Source: a bacterium (GTDB lineage: Bacteria > Patescibacteriota > Minisyncoccia > Moranbacterales > UBA2206). From it: DNA of 64,000 bases. The translations under genes and the position numbers were made by a program. A model generated the notes under the pieces. It searched no databases, was not told where the DNA came from, and was given only the letters and a program-made list of their open reading frames with translations. The DNA is taken from contig JAYSLY010000014.1 of assembly GCA_043725085.1 (NCBI GenBank), forward strand, positions 2,748-66,747, given 5' to 3'. This document shows, piece by piece, positions 60,407-64,000 of the stretch. Numbering within the stretch: the first letter of the stretch is position 1; every line of letters begins with the position of its first letter.

Positions 60407-60856
60407 TTATTTATCAAACGTATCCAACTCTTTTTTGAAACTCTCCACGCTGGCAAATGATTTGTAGACGCTGGCAAATCTGACATAGGCCACTTCATCC
60501 AGTTCGCGCAGTTTCTTGAGAATGATTTTGCCGATTTCTTTTGAAGTAATTTCCGGTTTTTCTTTCGAACTGATTTCATATTCCACCTCTCCGATAAACT
60601 GCGTAATTTTTTCCTCTGTCACCGGACGCTTTTCAAGTGCTTTTCTCACACCGGTTTCGATTTTCGATTTGTCATAGTCCACTTTGAGACCATTCTTTTT
60701 GAGCACGCTCAGCCGCAAAAGCTCTATCTCTTCATAGGTGCTGAAACGCGACTCGCATTTCAGACATTCCCGACGCCGGCGCGTGATCTTGCCTTCATTG
60801 GTTTCTCGCGAATCAACCACCTTGGTTTCTGTGTTATTGCAAAACGGGCAATTCAT
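60407..60856 (-). CDS. nrdR: Transcriptional repressor NrdR
   Basis: MNCPFC, VVDSR, RRRRECLKC, VAYVRFASVY. Confidence 0.96.
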   Translation of the reverse strand: MNCPFCNNTETKVVDSRETNEGKITRRRRECLKCESRFSTYEEIELLRLSVLKKNGLKVDYDKSKIETGVRKALEKRPVTEEKITQFIGEVEYEISSKEKPEITSKEIGKIILKKLRELDEVAYVRFASVYKSFASVESFKKELDTFDK

Positions 60857-60872
60857 ACTTTTTTCTCTTTTT

Positions 60873-60888
60873 ATACTATATATAGTGT
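60873..60888. promoter_or_regulatory. NrdR box
   Basis: ATACTATATATAGTGT palindrome resembling the NrdR-box consensus, just upstream of nrdR-nrdD. Confidence 0.75.
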
Positions 60889-60955
60889 AACGCAATAGAA
60901 TTATACCACAATGAGAATTAATGCCAAGGGGTATATTTTAAGCCAAAAAGAAGAG

Positions 60956-60964
60956 TTATCCACA
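60956..60964 (+). promoter_or_regulatory. DnaA box
   Basis: TTATCCACA upstream of the nrd operon. Confidence 0.5.
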
Positions 60965-60991
60965 GGAGGGATTTTGTAAATAAATTATAAC

Positions 60992-63184
60992 CTACTTCGA
61001 AACCCGAAGACTATTCAGGACAACCGAGACTGAACTAAATGACATTGCCGCGGCGGCAATTGCCGGGGTGAGAAAACCGAGCATCGCGAGTGGAATGGCG
61101 ACGATGTTATAGAAAAAAGCCCAAAACAAATTTTGCCTAATCGCGCGGAAGGTTTTGCGGGAAATCAGAATCGCTTCTATCACTTTTTTGAGACTGTTTT
61201 CCAGCATCACAATTTGCCCCGCTTCCTTGGCAATATCCATCGCGCTTCCCATGGCAATCCCGAGATCGGCTTGGATGAGACTTGGGGCATCATTAATTCC
61301 GTCACCGATAAAGATGACTTTTTCGCCTTGCAGTTGAAATTTCTTGATCACTTCCAATTTCTCATGTGGCAAAACATCAGCGATAATATTATCAATCCCC
61401 AAATCCTTTGCTACCGCCTGCGCCACAACCATACGATCCCCCGTAATCATTCCGATTTTCATGTGCATTTTTTTGAGCGTTTTCACTACTTCCTTTGCTT
61501 CATCGCGAATCTCATCTTCAATAAGAAATGCTCCAAGCACCACACCGTCACACGCTACAAAAAGAAGCGCTCCTGCCTGATTTTTTGGGTCTTTTTCCAT
61601 TTCAGCAATCCACGAGCTCGCAAGCTTGTTTTCTGTGATAATCTTAGCATTACCCAAAAAAACTTCTCTGCGCTTATCATCCACACCGGAAAGCCCCCGA
61701 CCTTTATGCTCCTTGCTGTCACTAACTCTTTTGCCATCTGCCACTAAATTCAAACTATTGGCATAGGCTACGATTGCCTTGGAATAGGGATGTTCGGAAT
61801 TAAGCGCAAGATTGTGCGCAAGAGCCAACAAGTCGGCGTCAATATTTTTCGCTTGGGGATTTCTCAATATTTCCCTTACAACCGGCTTGCCCTTGGTCAA
61901 TGTTCCTGTTTTATCAAAAATGACCATCGATATGTCCTTTATCCGTTCAAAACTTTCTCCGCTTTTGAAAAGAATTCCTTGCTTTGCTCCACGTCCTGCC
62001 CCCACCATAATCGCGGTTGGCGTCGCAAGGCCAAGAGCGCATGGGCAAGCAATAACCAGTACGGAAACAGCATAAATAACTGCTCTGGTCATATCGTGCG
62101 CGAAAAATGACCAGCTCAAAAAAGTGAAAAGAGCGAGCACAAGCACAGTTGGCACAAAAATTCTTGAAGCTTTATCTGCCAATTTTTGAATCGGCGTTTT
62201 GGAATTTTGCGCTTCTTCGACCGTCCTGATAATTTGTGCCAAAGCCGTTCCCTCGCCGGTTTGCGAAACGCGCACTTTGAGAATTCCGTCTTCATTAAGC
62301 ATGGCACCAAAAACGTAATCACCTTTTTTTTTCTCTACTAAAAGTGACTCGCCCGTGAGCATTGACTCGTCAACTGCTGAACGCCCTTCCAGGACATAGC
62401 CATCCAGCGGAATCTTCTCACCCGGTCGCACCACCACAACATCTCCAATCTTAAGCTCAGAAATTTCCACTTCTCTCTCTTCTCCGCCAACAAGAATGCG
62501 CGCCCGCTTTGCTCCCAGTTCCATTAGTTTTCGCATTGCTTCTCCCGTCTTTTGCACACTAATATCTTCCAAATATTTTCCCAAAAGAATAAAAATAATA
62601 ATCACCGCTGCTGTTTCGAAATATTCTTTTTGCCCATAAAAAACTGCCCAGAGACTGAAAAAATAGGCCACCAAAGTTCCCATAGAAATCAAGCTATCCA
62701 TATTAGCTTCCTTTTTTTTCGCCTGGAGGTAAGCCATACGATGAAAGGGCCAACCCAAGATAAACACAACAAAAGTTGCCAAAAATATGTGTACCCACAT
62801 TACAAAATCAATTCCCAAAAGCATTACTCCGGATTTATACTTAAAAAACATGCCGAGAAGAATGGGAAAGGAAAAAATTATGGCCAACACAAGCCGCACT
62901 TTCACATTGCCAAAAAGTTCATTTTTATACTGAGCATATTTATTGATAATCTGATATTTCCGCACACGATCACCGCCAATCCCATAGCCATTGGAAAGAA
63001 TAATTTTTTTAACTTCCGCTTCGCTTAGCAGCTTGTCATCATATTCCACAAAGGCTTTTTTCGTAGCAAAATTAACAGCGGCTTTTTTAATTCCCAAAGT
63101 CTTAGCAAGCACCCGTTCATTACTCGCGCTGCAACTCGCACAAGTCATCCCGGTTATCTCAAAAATGATTTTTTTCGTTGGCAT
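60992..63184 (-). CDS. copA: Copper-type P1B ATPase
   Basis: GMTCASC, TGES, CPC, DKTGT, SEHP, GDGIND, YN and MxxSS motifs. Confidence 0.9.
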   Translation of the reverse strand: MPTKKIIFEITGMTCASCSASNERVLAKTLGIKKAAVNFATKKAFVEYDDKLLSEAEVKKIILSNGYGIGGDRVRKYQIINKYAQYKNELFGNVKVRLVLAIIFSFPILLGMFFKYKSGVMLLGIDFVMWVHIFLATFVVFILGWPFHRMAYLQAKKKEANMDSLISMGTLVAYFFSLWAVFYGQKEYFETAAVIIIFILLGKYLEDISVQKTGEAMRKLMELGAKRARILVGGEEREVEISELKIGDVVVVRPGEKIPLDGYVLEGRSAVDESMLTGESLLVEKKKGDYVFGAMLNEDGILKVRVSQTGEGTALAQIIRTVEEAQNSKTPIQKLADKASRIFVPTVLVLALFTFLSWSFFAHDMTRAVIYAVSVLVIACPCALGLATPTAIMVGAGRGAKQGILFKSGESFERIKDISMVIFDKTGTLTKGKPVVREILRNPQAKNIDADLLALAHNLALNSEHPYSKAIVAYANSLNLVADGKRVSDSKEHKGRGLSGVDDKRREVFLGNAKIITENKLASSWIAEMEKDPKNQAGALLFVACDGVVLGAFLIEDEIRDEAKEVVKTLKKMHMKIGMITGDRMVVAQAVAKDLGIDNIIADVLPHEKLEVIKKFQLQGEKVIFIGDGINDAPSLIQADLGIAMGSAMDIAKEAGQIVMLENSLKKVIEAILISRKTFRAIRQNLFWAFFYNIVAIPLAMLGFLTPAIAAAAMSFSSVSVVLNSLRVSK

Positions 63185-63329
63185 ATACTTCTTGAATTTG
63201 AAATTTTAAATTATAAATTTTAATTCAAATCTAAATTATTAAATTTTTAATTATCAATTATTCCTTTGAACATTTATTCATTTGACCTTGATTTTAAATT
63301 TCAGATTTAAAATTTAAAATTGCTTGGCA

Positions 63330-64000
63330 TTATTCCACAATAAATTTACCACGAACCATACCCATCCAGCAACTGAATGGAATTTCTTCGATTTTATCGG
63401 GAGTGAAGCTTATGACGTTATCCCCGGAACTGATACTCTCGGAAATTTTGAGACTCGGCACGATAATTTTGCTTGTACAACTTGTCACATTATCCCCTTT
63501 TACCACCCAGCGCACCTTCACGCCTTTTTTGATATGCAGCACGCTCGGTGAAAATCCGGCATTAGTCACATGCATTTCCACCACTTGCTCCGCCACATCA
63601 TTTGCCACGCTTTTCACCTGTTCTTTTTGACTATTTTGATTGCCAAAAACATTGCCGGATGCGCCAATCAGCGCCAACCCGGAATTAAAAGCATAGAAAG
63701 CAAAAAGGATAATGAGCATCCCGGCTACTTTTTGAAAGATCGCCGCGTTTTTGCTCTTGCTCCAAGAAGTTGTCACCCCAAGTGCAAGAAGAGACGGCAC
63801 TGTGCCAAGCGCAAAGAAAAACATTCCCAGTCCCCCGCGCATAAAACTACCCGAAGTAATCGCGAGAATTTGCATGCTCTGCGTGAAACCGCAAGGCAAA
63901 AAGAAAGTCATCACACCCAAAAGAAACGGCGCCGCTGGGTTCTCTGATTGTTTCAACTTGCCCCACGGAGAGCTGAAAAATCTCGGCATTCGAAGTCCCA
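63330..64000 (-). CDS. DsbD_2/TauE-like membrane protein with C-terminal cupredoxin domain (5' end beyond the window)
   Basis: FLPCG, F.LGT, C-terminal FSCWMGM. Confidence 0.75.
   Translation of the reverse strand, partial: GLRMPRFFSSPWGKLKQSENPAAPFLLGVMTFFLPCGFTQSMQILAITSGSFMRGGLGMFFFALGTVPSLLALGVTTSWSKSKNAAIFQKVAGMLIILFAFYAFNSGLALIGASGNVFGNQNSQKEQVKSVANDVAEQVVEMHVTNAGFSPSVLHIKKGVKVRWVVKGDNVTSCTSKIIVPSLKISESISSGDNVISFTPDKIEEIPFSCWMGMVRGKFIVE

Noticed and set aside
1-64000. Alternative genetic code (TGA recoding)
   Set aside because: Conserved genes are full length under code 11, and RF2 with its TGA frameshift site is present

Overview
Low-GC bacterial chromosome segment with almost every gene on the minus strand. 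Gene content and small palindromic repeats suggest a CPR/Parcubacteria-type genome (inference). In order: thymidylate genes (kinase, dCMP deaminase, thyA, folA), ftsEX, frameshifted prfB, tRNA-Thr with a disrupted partial copy, an FtsA-like/membrane protein pair, a ~35 kb surface-glycosylation locus (10.3-45.2 kb), rnc-nusB-rpmF, a PPIase, split comEC, a diversity-generating retroelement (DGR), an ApbE/ferric-reductase module, class III ribonucleotide reductase with a separate copy of its glycyl-radical C-terminus, and a Cu-type P-ATPase. The most notable feature is the DGR (50.7-53.4 kb). Its template repeat (TR) and variable repeat (VR) differ only at TR adenines plus one 1-nt insertion. Its avd gene lies antisense between TR and RT, and avd is split by a C9 run that could be a phase-variable switch. 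All calls come from motif recognition; no database searches were run.
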